IMG/VR virus record: IMGVR_UViG_2778261269_000005 | Coordinates: 1-37,915 of that record | Origin: a virus | Taxonomy: Duplodnaviria; Heunggongvirae; Uroviricota; Caudoviricetes | Strand: one strand, 5' to 3' | Length of the DNA: 37,915 nucleotides | Shown: in pieces, positions 9,633-19,481 of the stretch | How positions within the stretch are numbered: position 1 is the stretch's first letter | Layout of the letters: every line of letters starts with the position of its first letter | Notes under the pieces: model-generated | Told to the model about the DNA's origin: nothing | Databases searched by the model: none | What the model saw: the letters and a program-made list of their open reading frames with translations, nothing else | Translations under genes and position numbers: made by a program

Positions 9633-10661
9633 TTATTTCACCTGAACTACCACAAACGCGTCCGGATCCGGCAACACCATCAACGGCGCAGACTGCGTCA
9701 TGGTATATTCGCACCCCGGGTCCCCCACCTCTAACCAGTGTTTCGGATAACGAATTGCAGAGGTGATCCCTTCACTCAGCGCCTGGTTATCCTGGATTGC
9801 GCCATAACAACGGACACCCTCCACCTGAGTGTTTCCAAGAATCAGTGTGCCTTCCGGCAGATAACGCTGCTCATCCCCGTTTTCATCAACATACGTTGTT
9901 TTCGCCACCATGATGGCCAGATCACCGTAATAACCTTTAAAAGAAACCACGGAACCCAGATCTTTCAGCGCGGTTTCCAGTTCAGATTTTGAGCCACGGC
10001 GGGTATCCAGTTTTTCACGAAACAGCTTAAAACCGTTCAGCATACGCCAGACAGTACCGTCCATAATCGCAATATTGATGGTACCGGAAGCAAAATCGCA
10101 GTACGCATCCAGATCATGCGTCGGATCAAAGGTGTCAGCATTCTGTTTTGACCATTCGCGTCCCCCTGCCTGCGTAATGTTATTGGCGGCAGAACGACCA
10201 AAATCCACTTCCACCGTCTCAAACTGTTCACCGCTCATGGTGTACTTACCCTGCAGAACAGCGCTGACCGCCTGCATTTCTTCCACCTGCACAATCGCTT
10301 GCTCTTCCTGTTTCAGGTTGTCAGTCAGAATACGCAGGCGACGGTAGGCCGGGTCATTAAGACGGGCCGGATCTTCCCCCGGAAGACGCTCCACCGCCTG
10401 CTGATAATCCAGCCGGTGTTTTGGTTTAACATAGCCGGGGCGTAACACGCGGGTTTCACCACCACGACTGCGCAGTACCTTACCTGACACAACCGGAGAC
10501 ACATATGCCGCAACCGGTGTTTTTCCGGTGATTTTATCCAGCATCACTTCCTGAGTATGGAAAGTGACCGTACGACGAAAAAACAGCTCCAGAAACAGCG
10601 CACGGAATTTCACTTTCTGCTCGGTGTAGCCGAGCAACTGACGCGTGGTAAATAACCCCAT
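9633..10661 (-). CDS. E: major capsid protein
   Basis: Start set at ATG 10661 (MGLFTTRQLLGY..., AAGGAAAG RBS); 342 aa; strong lambda gpE-like sequence (GYVKPKH, DPAYRR, EEMQAVSAVL). Confidence 0.9.
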   Translation of the reverse strand: MGLFTTRQLLGYTEQKVKFRALFLELFFRRTVTFHTQEVMLDKITGKTPVAAYVSPVVSGKVLRSRGGETRVLRPGYVKPKHRLDYQQAVERLPGEDPARLNDPAYRRLRILTDNLKQEEQAIVQVEEMQAVSAVLQGKYTMSGEQFETVEVDFGRSAANNITQAGGREWSKQNADTFDPTHDLDAYCDFASGTINIAIMDGTVWRMLNGFKLFREKLDTRRGSKSELETALKDLGSVVSFKGYYGDLAIMVAKTTYVDENGDEQRYLPEGTLILGNTQVEGVRCYGAIQDNQALSEGITSAIRYPKHWLEVGDPGCEYTMTQSAPLMVLPDPDAFVVVQVK

Positions 10662-10730
10662 AATTGACTTTCCTTTAAAAACACAAACGGGCCGCATCAC
10701 GACCCGTTTTTTCAGTTAATCACTTCACCA

Positions 10731-11066
10731 TCAGGCGTGGCTGATGGCACTTCCCACAAACGCGTTGGCTTTTTTCACCGCATCCACCGAATCCGGCCAG
10801 ACCAGCGATTCGGTGGCAAACGTACCGCTTTTGTAGTACGTCAGTGTGGGCTCGGTCCCGGCCAGCGCCAGTACCAGCACCCCCACAGCCGTTCCGGCTT
10901 TCTGACCATCCCATGCCACCAGTTTTCCGCTGGCGTCATCCAGCATCAGTGGCGTCAGTGAAGGCGTGGCAACACTGATACCACTGGTACCTGTTGCGGT
11001 ATATACCGGATCGCTTCCGGCAAAAATGCGCCCGTCCGCGCGCTTTTCTGTGGTGGTTTTAATCAT
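10731..11066 (-). CDS. D: head decoration protein
   Basis: Start set at ATG 11066 (AGGAGA RBS); 111 aa; motifs TPLMLD, KLVAWDG, YKSGTF as in lambda gpD. Confidence 0.85.
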   Translation of the reverse strand: MIKTTTEKRADGRIFAGSDPVYTATGTSGISVATPSLTPLMLDDASGKLVAWDGQKAGTAVGVLVLALAGTEPTLTYYKSGTFATESLVWPDSVDAVKKANAFVGSAISHA

Positions 11067-11106
11067 TTTCTCAGTCTCCTGATTTATCTGAATCACGGAT
11101 CCCCGC

Positions 11107-12723
11107 TTACGGCATACTCATCAGCAGTTCTTCTTCCCCGTTCCCGGCAGTTCCGCCACCGGAAACGGCACTGGCGGCATGCTGTGCCATGAAGCGCTCA
11201 AAAAGTGTTACCTGTGACGGTTGCGATACTGATGGCGCAGCTGCCAGCAGCGTTTTCGCCTGCTCCACTGTCATTCCAGGTTGTTCAGCCAGCGCCTGTG
11301 CCAGTTTTTCGCGTCCTTTTGCTTCCGGCAACGCAATAATTTGATCGCCGGTACTTGCCGTACCGGTTGCCGGTGCCGCTACCAGTAGCATTTTCGCCTG
11401 TTCCACCGTCATTCCCGGCTGTTCAGCCAGCGCCTGTGCGAGTTGTTCACGCCCTTTTGCTTCCGGAAGTGCCATAATCTGCTCGCCGGTACTTGCCGCA
11501 CCGGAAACCGGTGCCGCTGCCAGTAACGTTTTCGCCTGCTCCACCGTCATTCCCGGCTGTTCAGCCAGCGTCCGTGCCAGTTGTTCACGCCCTTTTGCTT
11601 CCAGAAGTGCCATAATCTGATCGCCTGTGCTGTCAGTACCGGCAACCGGTGCTGCCGCCAGTAATGTTTTTGCCTGCTCAACTGACATTCCCTGCTGACC
11701 TGCCAGCATCTGCGCCAGTTTTTCGCGTCCTTTCGCCTCCTGACAATTCAGGATCCCCATCACGCGCTGATTTTCCTGGGACACCGCTTCAGCAACGGTG
11801 AGATTTTTTGTTGTCATCGTATTCTCCTGTGTAACAGAGTCGTTCAGAGCAGAAACCATTACATCAACGGCATCTGCAGCATTAATCAGTTGATCAGCCA
11901 GGCCTATATCAATGCCTGCCTGACCGTCATAAACGGTAGCCTCGGTATTCATCACCGCCTCTGAACTCAGCCCCGTATAAAGCGCCACCTTGTCGACAAA
12001 CATCCGGCGGGCCTCATCAATACGGCGCTGAAAATCCGCACGCACACCTGTCGGCAACGCCTGAATACTGTTGCCGTCAACCTTGTGCTGCCCGGAGTAA
12101 ATCAGCGTGATATCCACGCCTTCCTGTGCCAGTTGTTTCTCGTAACTGGTGTGCGCCATCATCACACCAATCGAACCAATTTTTGCCGTCTGCGTGACCA
12201 GCCGACGCGTACAGGCCGCCGCCAGCAACATGGCGGCTGAACAGGCCATGTCATTACACAGCGCCCACACGGGCTTCTGTTCCCGCAGACGGTAAATCAT
12301 GTCAGCACAGTCAAACGCCCCGGCAGCCTGACCACCCGGACTGTCGATATCCAGTAAAATGCCGCGTACATCCGGGTCGTTCACCGCTGACTTAAGACGG
12401 GCAGTCAGACCGTCATAACCGGTCATACCGGAATATGGCCGCAGGGTACCCATTTTATGTACCAACGTGCCGCTCACCGGCAGAATGGCAATACCATTTT
12501 TCACCTGGTAACTCTTTACCGGACGCGGACCACCAGTCATATAATCGGTAACCGCCAGCTGCATACCATCGGCATCAAGCTGAACGGCCTGCTGCGGAAC
12601 GGCAAGGTTGCCCGCCCCCATCTCCTTACCCAGTGCGCAAAAGAAAACCCGCGCATAGGCGGGTTCCAGTAAAAGCGGCTCATTAAATGCCATCGCGGCA
12701 ATATGTGATAAATTACAGCGCAT
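11107..12723 (-). CDS. C: prohead protease / scaffold (S49 peptidase, C/Nu3-type) with internal tandem repeats
   Basis: 538-aa ORF; N-terminus MRCNLSHIAAMAFNEPLLLEPAYARVFFCAL is lambda C-like; S49 peptidase region; C-terminal part holds repeated 46-aa units. Confidence 0.85.
   Translation of the reverse strand: MRCNLSHIAAMAFNEPLLLEPAYARVFFCALGKEMGAGNLAVPQQAVQLDADGMQLAVTDYMTGGPRPVKSYQVKNGIAILPVSGTLVHKMGTLRPYSGMTGYDGLTARLKSAVNDPDVRGILLDIDSPGGQAAGAFDCADMIYRLREQKPVWALCNDMACSAAMLLAAACTRRLVTQTAKIGSIGVMMAHTSYEKQLAQEGVDITLIYSGQHKVDGNSIQALPTGVRADFQRRIDEARRMFVDKVALYTGLSSEAVMNTEATVYDGQAGIDIGLADQLINAADAVDVMVSALNDSVTQENTMTTKNLTVAEAVSQENQRVMGILNCQEAKGREKLAQMLAGQQGMSVEQAKTLLAAAPVAGTDSTGDQIMALLEAKGREQLARTLAEQPGMTVEQAKTLLAAAPVSGAASTGEQIMALPEAKGREQLAQALAEQPGMTVEQAKMLLVAAPATGTASTGDQIIALPEAKGREKLAQALAEQPGMTVEQAKTLLAAAPSVSQPSQVTLFERFMAQHAASAVSGGGTAGNGEEELLMSMP
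11233..11739 (-). repeat. about 3.7 in-frame tandem copies of a 138-bp unit inside the protease/scaffold gene
   Basis: TTTTCGCC(TG) recurs at 11253, 11391, 11529 and about 11667 (period 138); protein shows repeated AKGRE(K/Q)LA...GMTVEQAKTLLAAAP...STG(D/E)QI(M/I)AL(L/P)E units. Confidence 0.8.
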
Positions 12724-14284
12724 CGCCTTTTTCTCCCGTTGTCTGTCGGATCTGCTGTTGAAACGCGTTCTTTATCCAGACCGGACGCGGAAGACCGGCA
12801 GCCTGTCGCTCCTGAGTTTCCCGTAGCTGCTGGCGGAAAATCTCCTGATAGTCATCCCCCATCAGGGCCAGCTCTTTCTCGTATGTACTCAGGCCGCCTT
12901 CAATGCGCATCACCGCTTCCTGCACTTCCTTAAGGCCATCAATCGCCATACGACCGGCACCAATCCACTCGGCACGGCACCACCCGGAACGAGCCTCCCA
13001 GAATGAGAAACGGGATTTCGGCGGACGGATCACACCACGAATAAGGGCTTCCTCCAGCCAGCAGGCAAACATCTGTGACGCCAGGCGACTGGCCACAAAT
13101 TTTCGTTTTCCCATAAAATACCGCCACGACTCATTGGCGGATGCCCTGGCACTGGAATAACTGACCTGTGAATAATCCCGGGAAAGCTGCTCATACGACA
13201 CACCCAGTCCGGCAGCAATGTAACGTAACAGCGCCTTTTCCAGTTCAGAAAAACCATTATCCGCATTCTGGGCTGTCTGCAGATTCAGTGAATCTCCCGG
13301 GTAAAGATGCGGAATACGGACCCCGCCCAGTTTTACCGTATTGGTGGCGTAATAACGCGCGTAGCCTTTCATGATGGTGTTCAGGGGATTTTTACCTCCA
13401 TCTCCCACCCCGGCGATATATTCAAACGCTTTTTCCGAATCCAGTGTGGATTCAATCGTGGCGGCATACATGGCGCGAACCACCGCCGACTGCAGTTGCG
13501 TGGCCTGCAGTGTGTCGAGCATCTTGAGACGCTCCATTACAGAATAAAACTGGTTGGCCCCGCGGGTCTGCCCGTCTTCCTGTGGCTGAAACACATGGAT
13601 CATTCCCGGTCGTCCGGAAGGCAGTGTTGCCGTAATTCGTGTCCATTTACTGACACCGTAGCCGGGCCAGTCATCATCCTGAACATGGTAGGCCAGCGCT
13701 TTTCCGTGTCGGTTTATTTCCACCCCGGCACGCATAAAACGATCGCCGGTACCATAACCGGGTGTACTGACACGCTTCGGGCTGATGGTTTTGAATTTCG
13801 TCCGGAATAATGACGTGGATTCCGCATCCCATACGGGCTGGACAAAAATTTCACCGTTAAACGTATGGACCCCCACCCCTTCACGAATAAATTCGGTAAA
13901 CGAACGACGCCCTTCCACATCCATCGTACCAAACACCGGATCGCAGTATTCCATCCACGCCGCCTCAACATCTTCAATAAAAGCATGTGAATCTGCTTCC
14001 GACATCCCCAGCCAGCGCCAGTTGGGACGGTAACTCAGACGAAACATGTGCCCGACAATATGATCCTTATGAATTTCCACTGCATTCGATGCAATACCGT
14101 TGTTACGGACCAGCTCATCCGCGCGGGCGTTACCCAGATGAATGGAAGGTAAGAGCGCCACGTCGGCACTTTCCGGTGCAGGCAGCCATTCTGCCATTTG
14201 CCCACCGAACCCGGAACCACCACCAGAATATCCCATGCTTTGCCGTAAAGGCTGCCCATGAATATCCACCAGTTCCCCGTTCAC
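12713..14284 (-). CDS. B: portal protein
   Basis: 523-aa ORF between terminase/W and the protease, lambda gpB-like. Confidence 0.85.
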   Translation of the reverse strand: MNGELVDIHGQPLRQSMGYSGGGSGFGGQMAEWLPAPESADVALLPSIHLGNARADELVRNNGIASNAVEIHKDHIVGHMFRLSYRPNWRWLGMSEADSHAFIEDVEAAWMEYCDPVFGTMDVEGRRSFTEFIREGVGVHTFNGEIFVQPVWDAESTSLFRTKFKTISPKRVSTPGYGTGDRFMRAGVEINRHGKALAYHVQDDDWPGYGVSKWTRITATLPSGRPGMIHVFQPQEDGQTRGANQFYSVMERLKMLDTLQATQLQSAVVRAMYAATIESTLDSEKAFEYIAGVGDGGKNPLNTIMKGYARYYATNTVKLGGVRIPHLYPGDSLNLQTAQNADNGFSELEKALLRYIAAGLGVSYEQLSRDYSQVSYSSARASANESWRYFMGKRKFVASRLASQMFACWLEEALIRGVIRPPKSRFSFWEARSGWCRAEWIGAGRMAIDGLKEVQEAVMRIEGGLSTYEKELALMGDDYQEIFRQQLRETQERQAAGLPRPVWIKNAFQQQIRQTTGEKGDAL

Positions 14285-14493
14285 AGCCCCACTCCTGCCG
14301 GGCCACGACGCCGTCCGGATACACCCAGCGCACTTTCCAGCTCTTCAATATACTGACGCAGTTCACCAATTGTCGCCCGCGAATACTGAACCTGACGCCC
14401 GTCCTTGCTGACGGAAACCACAGCACGTCCGATCATCAGTTCATGTAACGCCCGGCGGGCATCGCATAGCATTTCATGCGTATAAATCATCAC
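14281..14493 (-). CDS. W: head-tail joining protein W
   Basis: 70-aa ORF, lambda W-like size and position. Confidence 0.8.
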   Translation of the reverse strand: MMIYTHEMLCDARRALHELMIGRAVVSVSKDGRQVQYSRATIGELRQYIEELESALGVSGRRRGPAGVGL

Positions 14494-16413
14494 TTATCCT
14501 CCACTCAGAGCAGCCGCGATTTCTTCAATAGTCATTTCATCGTCGTCCTGTTCATCTCTTCTGGCGCGGGCCAGTGCATCCAGATCCAGTTGCCACCGCT
14601 GAACGGAAATGCGCAGCGCTGCATAGGCATACACCAGACAGTCCAGAGCTTCATTACGCCGTTTTCTGGCATCCCACTGGAGTTTCACCCGCCCGTTCAC
14701 AACTTTTTCAACCAGCTCTTCTGCCACGAGTTGTTTAGCTTCAACATCAGAAAAAATGTCCGGGTTATCCGGAAAACGGAAGGTATACGGTGCGGCTTCA
14801 CTGGCAGATACCACCGGCAGGGCAAAACGCGCATACAGCATTTCCTTGACGGTATCGGAACCCACCTCACACAAAAACACCCCACGCTGGTTTCGCTTTT
14901 TTGGCATGGTGATCACCGGCTTGCCGTACACCGACGCCCCTTTGATGGGGAGCACAAAAAAAGTGCCGTGTTTTCTGGATCGCTGATACACAATGTCCTG
15001 GTCAATACCACCGGTATCCCAGCAGACGCGGGAAATGGAAATTTCAGTGCCATCTGCATGACGGTATTTTTTCCGGATCACGGCATCAACGCGTTTAAGG
15101 GTGTCCTCATCTTCCGGTCTCCCCATGATGATCTGCTTGTCAATCAGAAAAGCTTCTTCGCCAGGAGCCCAGCCCCAGACATAAATCTCATAACGGTTTT
15201 TCTGAGAGTCGATCCCTGCGGTCAGGTAAACCACCCGCAGGGGAACCTGCGCATCATAGTGGCAGACTTTTTCCAGCAATAACTCAAAGCTCAGTTTTTC
15301 TGCCACAGCCTCTTCATAAGGCTCCCCCAGCGTGGTGTTAATGAACGTCTTGACGCCATTCGGATCCTTCAGTGCATCAAGCCAGTCATAAACAATCTGT
15401 ACCCAGGTGGTGAACGGGCTGTATGCCGTCCAGATGTGGTACGAGATTGAGCGCGGTGGCGGGATTTCCTCATCACCGGCGCTGTAAAATGTCAGACCGT
15501 CACGCGTCCACATCCCGGTATTGTCACAAATCCACCGCCCGTCGGTCTGGTCAAGTTCCGACTGACGGATCACGCAGCCATTATGTTCACACAGGTAATA
15601 CACCGTCTCCGGTTTGCCCTTCTCCCATTTCAGGCCAAAGGTTGTCGCATCATCGCCAAACTTCAGATACTGGGCTTCACCACAATGAGGGCATGGCACA
15701 TAAAACCGCATAAAATGTGCAGATTCGTTCGCGGCTTTTTCAATCTGGCAAAAACCTTTAATTTTGGGCGTTGAGCCGCGTATGGATTTAGGCCATACCG
15801 AACCTTCGATACGCTTATCGCCAAGCAGAGTTGGTGAACCTTCTTTTTCCACATCCGGTTCAAACGAGGAGAGTTCGTCATAGCAGACCACATCCACAGA
15901 TTTTTCACGGTAGTTTTTGGCAGCAGCTCCGCCCAGACACCAGAATCCCACACCGGAGGAGAAACGTTTCAGGGTAAGCGTGTTGTCCCGATGTTTTCTG
16001 CCAAACCACGGAGCCAGCTCCAGTAATACAGGAACGTCTCTTATCGTTGGTTCGACATGGGATTTCATAAAATCTTCTGCCGCAGAATCTGTCGGCTGAA
16101 AAAGCAGGCTGTTACGGGATTTGTGTTCAATAAAATAAGCCTCCACCCCCAACAGCATTTTGGTGTAACCAACACGCGCCGATTTAATCAGATTAACGGT
16201 GCGGATCCGGTCATTCCCCATGCTGTTCATGATGGCAACCTGAAACGGCAGTGTTTCCCATTGCCCGGGAGTATATGAAGACTCTTTTGGCAGATAATAA
16301 TGCTGATCAGCCCACTGAACTGTCGTCAGTGGTACCGGAATATTGAGAGATACAAGCCCTGTTGCTATCGCACCGGCTGCATTAGCTGCCTTCTGTGCGT
16401 CTGAAATCATCAA
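14494..16413 (-). CDS. A: terminase large subunit
   Basis: 639-aa ORF, lambda gpA-like throughout. Confidence 0.9.
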   Translation of the reverse strand: MMISDAQKAANAAGAIATGLVSLNIPVPLTTVQWADQHYYLPKESSYTPGQWETLPFQVAIMNSMGNDRIRTVNLIKSARVGYTKMLLGVEAYFIEHKSRNSLLFQPTDSAAEDFMKSHVEPTIRDVPVLLELAPWFGRKHRDNTLTLKRFSSGVGFWCLGGAAAKNYREKSVDVVCYDELSSFEPDVEKEGSPTLLGDKRIEGSVWPKSIRGSTPKIKGFCQIEKAANESAHFMRFYVPCPHCGEAQYLKFGDDATTFGLKWEKGKPETVYYLCEHNGCVIRQSELDQTDGRWICDNTGMWTRDGLTFYSAGDEEIPPPRSISYHIWTAYSPFTTWVQIVYDWLDALKDPNGVKTFINTTLGEPYEEAVAEKLSFELLLEKVCHYDAQVPLRVVYLTAGIDSQKNRYEIYVWGWAPGEEAFLIDKQIIMGRPEDEDTLKRVDAVIRKKYRHADGTEISISRVCWDTGGIDQDIVYQRSRKHGTFFVLPIKGASVYGKPVITMPKKRNQRGVFLCEVGSDTVKEMLYARFALPVVSASEAAPYTFRFPDNPDIFSDVEAKQLVAEELVEKVVNGRVKLQWDARKRRNEALDCLVYAYAALRISVQRWQLDLDALARARRDEQDDDEMTIEEIAAALSGG

Positions 16414-16930
16414 TCCACCCGCCTACGTTCTCACCAGCTTTAGCTGCAACGTTGGAGGCTTTTGCGATTTCAGTTTTCACCACATCAAGGTGTGACGGTG
16501 AAATATCCGGATATTTACGCTGTAATGTCAGCGGCACACGTACAAGTATCCCCGAAATCTCCTGTGCCACACGTTGCAGAATGAAGGTAAACAATTCCGT
16601 TTCCAGTACCAGCCCTTCTTCGCGGGCATTTTTCAGTTCCTGTGCATCAGCCTGTGCTTTTGTGAGTCGGTAGCGCTCATAGTCAATGGTGCCGGGTTGT
16701 AAATCTGATTCCGCAGCCGCACGCAAATCCTCGGTCTCTTTGCGGAGTTTTTCGTTTTCAATATCGGCTTCGCGCTGCGCATACCACTGAATTGCCATGG
16801 CGGTATCAAATACAGATTCAACCCCCTTACTACCACCAGAGACACAAGAGAGCCCCTGAGACTGCCAGCGTTCAATCGTTCGTGGATCCACGTTGAAAAT
16901 TTCCGCGAGCTTCTTTTTATTAACCTTCAT
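16382..16930 (-). CDS. Nu1: terminase small subunit
   Basis: Start set at ATG 16930 ([23 protein letters not shown]...); wHTH N-terminus and [37 protein letters not shown] match lambda Nu1. Confidence 0.85.
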   Translation of the reverse strand: MKVNKKKLAEIFNVDPRTIERWQSQGLSCVSGGSKGVESVFDTAMAIQWYAQREADIENEKLRKETEDLRAAAESDLQPGTIDYERYRLTKAQADAQELKNAREEGLVLETELFTFILQRVAQEISGILVRVPLTLQRKYPDISPSHLDVVKTEIAKASNVAAKAGENVGGWIDDFRRTEGS

Positions 16931-16954
16931 AAAACATTTCCATATCAAATGCAG

Positions 16955-17009
16955 GGTCCGACATGGAAGTGCTCAAAAACGTCTTTTTCGGGCACTTTCA
17001 TGTCGGACC
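16955..17009. promoter_or_regulatory. cosB-like terminase binding region (17-bp inverted repeat pair)
   Basis: GGTCCGACATGGAAGTG (16955-16971) and its near-perfect inverse CACTTTCATGTCGGACC (16993-17009), between Nu1 start and cosN. Confidence 0.5.
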
Positions 17010-17099
17010 TTTTACGGATGTGATTGATGAAAAAACAATGAGTTATACACGAGAAGTACCGACACGCTTTTTCCCGAAAAATTTTCATAAATAGCGAAA

Positions 17100-17125
17100 A
17101 TCCGCGCCGCTGCCGCCCCGTGGCA
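17100..17125. other. cos cleavage site (cosN-like)
   Basis: Minus-strand reading CCACGGGGCGGCAGCGGCGCGGATTTTCGCTATTTATGAAAATTT closely resembles the remembered lambda left cohesive end GGGCGGCGACCTCGCGGGTTTTCGCTATTTATGAAAATTTTCC. Confidence 0.6.
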
Positions 17126-17530
17126 GGCCACCCCACCGGAAGGACCCGCACAAATGAGAGCGTTTATCATTAACATTTACAGATAAGATGACGTACATCA
17201 TTGAAACGCCATTCAGCCATATACCGGCAGCATTCGTAGTTGCACTCCGTAACTCTGCGACTAAGGTTAAAAACATGGCCCTCTTTTGCCACCGGCAAAT
17301 CTTCAATGGATTTCCCCTGCCGGTTTTTTATTTTCGTCGATGCATAACATTGCATTTACATCAATAGCGGCTATTGTCATTAGTATGTTGCATCAATGCA
17401 TGGGTGGTATTGGCGGTCTTCGCCGGCCGGTTCTGTGTAGCTGCTCCCTGTGACCGGTTTTTTATTTCTCACATTATCGCAGCCCCTCAGTGTGAAGGGC
17501 TGCTGTAATGCCGCAATCTTTTTTAACATG

Positions 17531-17551
17531 AAAAAGGCCGCATAGCGGCCT
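17531..17551. terminator. bidirectional terminator-like hairpin
   Basis: AGGCCGC-ATA-GCGGCCT 7-bp GC stem flanked by an A-run upstream and T-rich sequence downstream. Confidence 0.45.
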
Positions 17552-17572
17552 TTATGGTTTATTGACAATTGA

Positions 17573-17788
17573 TTAAGACGTGTGGCACTTATTGGCACAC
17601 CAATAGCAACCATTCACCCGGGAATATCCTTTGGCCTTTGCCTCTGTTACCGCCGAAGAACAATCACTATAGTAACCAAGGTAATCGCGGTTAGCTACAG
17701 CAGGAAGATATGAACATTCCTCAGCATGCACCTCATGATCGCCATTGCTCTGAGCATTTTTGTTCACGTAATAGTGTTTAAAAACCAT
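17573..17788 (-). CDS. hypothetical small Cys-rich protein (moron between lysis genes and cos)
   Basis: 71-aa ORF in AT-rich DNA; C-terminal CYWCANKC; no family recognised. Confidence 0.4.
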   Translation of the reverse strand: MVFKHYYVNKNAQSNGDHEVHAEECSYLPAVANRDYLGYYSDCSSAVTEAKAKGYSRVNGCYWCANKCHTS

Positions 17789-17911
17789 TGTATAACTCCA
17801 TGTTGACGCTGATATTCAGCATTAACATGCTATATCACCAATTACACAAACATAAGCTTGTTATTTCAATTAGTTGATAACGATCACCACTGAACTTTGG
17901 CCTTGCGAAAT

Positions 17912-18121
17912 TCAAATGTTTTTCTGACTATTATTGGGCTGATAAACAGATATTATTTGAGCGTTTTGGTTCATTACATAAGCAATATCTCCATCTTTCA
18001 GAATGACTTTCCCATCCTTTCCCGATACGGCAATACTCCGCTGCTCTGGATGATAGCCAATGCTACGCCCGCAATGGATCTCTTCCCCACCATTTTGAGA
18101 CATGACTTTTACAGTTAACAT
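17912..18121 (-). CDS. hypothetical small protein (moron)
   Basis: 69-aa ORF in AT-rich DNA; no family recognised. Confidence 0.35.
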   Translation of the reverse strand: MLTVKVMSQNGGEEIHCGRSIGYHPEQRSIAVSGKDGKVILKDGDIAYVMNQNAQIISVYQPNNSQKNI

Positions 18122-18208
18122 TTTTCTGCTCCTATTTAGATGCCCTTTCCATCCGGGCCACTGTTCAAAGTAAATTTAGATTCAACAATATTCTGCTCTT
18201 ACAGGCGA

Positions 18209-18391
18209 TCAGTTCTGCATACACTGCCTGGCACTTTCGACAATTTCGCAGACCTGCGAGGCCGTATCGAAAAGCTGGCGCACCTTATCCAGGCTAACGC
18301 ATCCCACCAGGAAAAACGACACCAGTATCGCTACCAGTGCCCATTTCGCCGCCGTTCGCGGCATTCTGTGTGTCCAGTGTTTTCGGCTCAT
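18209..18391 (-). CDS. small outer-membrane lipoprotein (possible o-spanin-like lysis accessory)
   Basis: Start set at ATG 18391 (AGGTGG RBS): MSRKHWTHRMPRTAAKWALVAILVSFFLVGC... has basic n-region, hydrophobic core and LVGC lipobox; 29-aa mature part with 3 Cys; directly after the endolysin. Confidence 0.5.
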   Translation of the reverse strand: MSRKHWTHRMPRTAAKWALVAILVSFFLVGCVSLDKVRQLFDTASQVCEIVESARQCMQN

Positions 18392-18405
18392 AAACCACCT
18401 GGTTA

Positions 18406-18789
18406 TTAGCGCTTCAACTGAAAGTGAGGCCCGTCTTTCAGCGTTTTCCAGTCCCCGCCCCATTCGATGGCGATTCCCAACTCTGCGCCAGCCTGCTTAA
18501 ATGCCTGCGCGATTTTCTCGTACAGAGGCCAGTCCCATGACACCTGGCTGCCAACGTAGGCAACAACATCCACCGCATCACCGGTCAGGTGGCGGCTGTT
18601 CATGGTCTGGCTTTTCCCTTCCGCGACCAGCTGCTTCTGGCGATACTTACTGCGCAGGCCTTCCGTAATACCGAAATCAACCTCCGTCAGCTCCAGCGCA
18701 CGGCGAACAACAGCAACCAGCTGTGGTTTGACGCCCTCCAGATTTTTCTCACTTCGACGACTGAATCTGAATTTACCGGGCATACTCAC
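18406..18789 (-). CDS. endolysin, peptidase M15 family (L-alanyl-D-glutamate peptidase type)
   Basis: 127-aa ORF with SRHLTGDAVDV and GIAIEWGGDW, typical of zinc M15 cell-wall peptidases; ATGA overlap with the preceding membrane protein. Confidence 0.75.
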   Translation of the reverse strand: MSMPGKFRFSRRSEKNLEGVKPQLVAVVRRALELTEVDFGITEGLRSKYRQKQLVAEGKSQTMNSRHLTGDAVDVVAYVGSQVSWDWPLYEKIAQAFKQAGAELGIAIEWGGDWKTLKDGPHFQLKR

Positions 18790-19073
18790 CTCCGTAATGA
18801 AAGGATTTTTGATACGTTCCCGCGTGCTCGTATCACCAGCACGCAGAACACCAGGTTAATCAGGACGACCAGCCAGTTACCGGGTGGAAAGCGACCACAC
18901 AGATAACAAAGCGGCGCAAAGGCATAAAGCAGCATCAGCAGCCAGGCCAGCCACGACATCAGCGGTTTATGTCTCGACTCACCACGACGATAAAAAAAGA
19001 GCGTCAGCACGATAACCGTGCTTAACACCACATTCAGTAATCCGGGAAGGTTACTTAACATTACCGCCTCCAC
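18786..19073 (-). CDS. small membrane protein of the lysis cassette (holin/antiholin-like)
   Basis: 95-aa ORF with 3 predicted hydrophobic helices, between holin and endolysin. Confidence 0.55.
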   Translation of the reverse strand: MEAVMLSNLPGLLNVVLSTVIVLTLFFYRRGESRHKPLMSWLAWLLMLLYAFAPLCYLCGRFPPGNWLVVLINLVFCVLVIRARGNVSKILSLRR

Positions 19074-19440
19074 CCCGCAGACGGGAGAACAGCCCGGATA
19101 CCAGCGATGCGATATCCTGCTGGTGGATGAATGAGAGAATCTTCACCGACACCACCGATACCAGTACCGCGCAAAGCGCGTCGAGAGATGTGCTGTGAAG
19201 ATTCAGTTTTTCAACCAGGTAAGACGCCATCACATCCGCCCCCAGCACGCCAACAATGAACGACACCAGAAAATGCGCTGCCACACGCCAGACAGAAATC
19301 TGCTGTGGTATCGTGGCCACAAACAGCGCCCCTGCGAATGCACCAAACACAATCCCGAAATCCGTTCCGGTAAACAGCCCGAATACTGTCGCCCCGCCGA
19401 GCGCCGCAGCCGTGCCGGAACCGGACAAGGGTTCAGACAT
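19051..19440 (-). CDS. putative holin
   Basis: 129-aa ORF with several Gly/Ala/Val-rich hydrophobic helices, AGGAGA RBS, first gene of the lysis cassette. Confidence 0.55.
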   Translation of the reverse strand: MSEPLSGSGTAAALGGATVFGLFTGTDFGIVFGAFAGALFVATIPQQISVWRVAAHFLVSFIVGVLGADVMASYLVEKLNLHSTSLDALCAVLVSVVSVKILSFIHQQDIASLVSGLFSRLRGGGGNVK

Positions 19441-19460
19441 ACGTTTTTCTCCTGTAAATA

Positions 19461-19481
19461 AAAAAGGGCCTCTGTCGGCCC
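19461..19481 (-). terminator. terminator-like hairpin just upstream of the holin RBS
   Basis: GGGCC-N6-GGCCC stem-loop followed on the minus strand by a T-run. Confidence 0.45.

Noticed and set aside
11233-11739. Possibility that the 138-bp tandem repeats or the 15-bp iterons (29466-29537) are a CRISPR array
   Set aside because: Repeats are in-frame inside coding sequence or are short origin iterons; no repeat-spacer architecture and no cas genes.
14476-15282. 268-aa plus-strand ORF
   Set aside because: Entirely inside and antisense to the terminase large subunit gene.
17085-17355. Two overlapping minus-strand ORFs (73 and 61 aa) next to cos
   Set aside because: One spans the cos cleavage site and neither has an RBS; probably chance ORFs, although a small moron gene here cannot be excluded.
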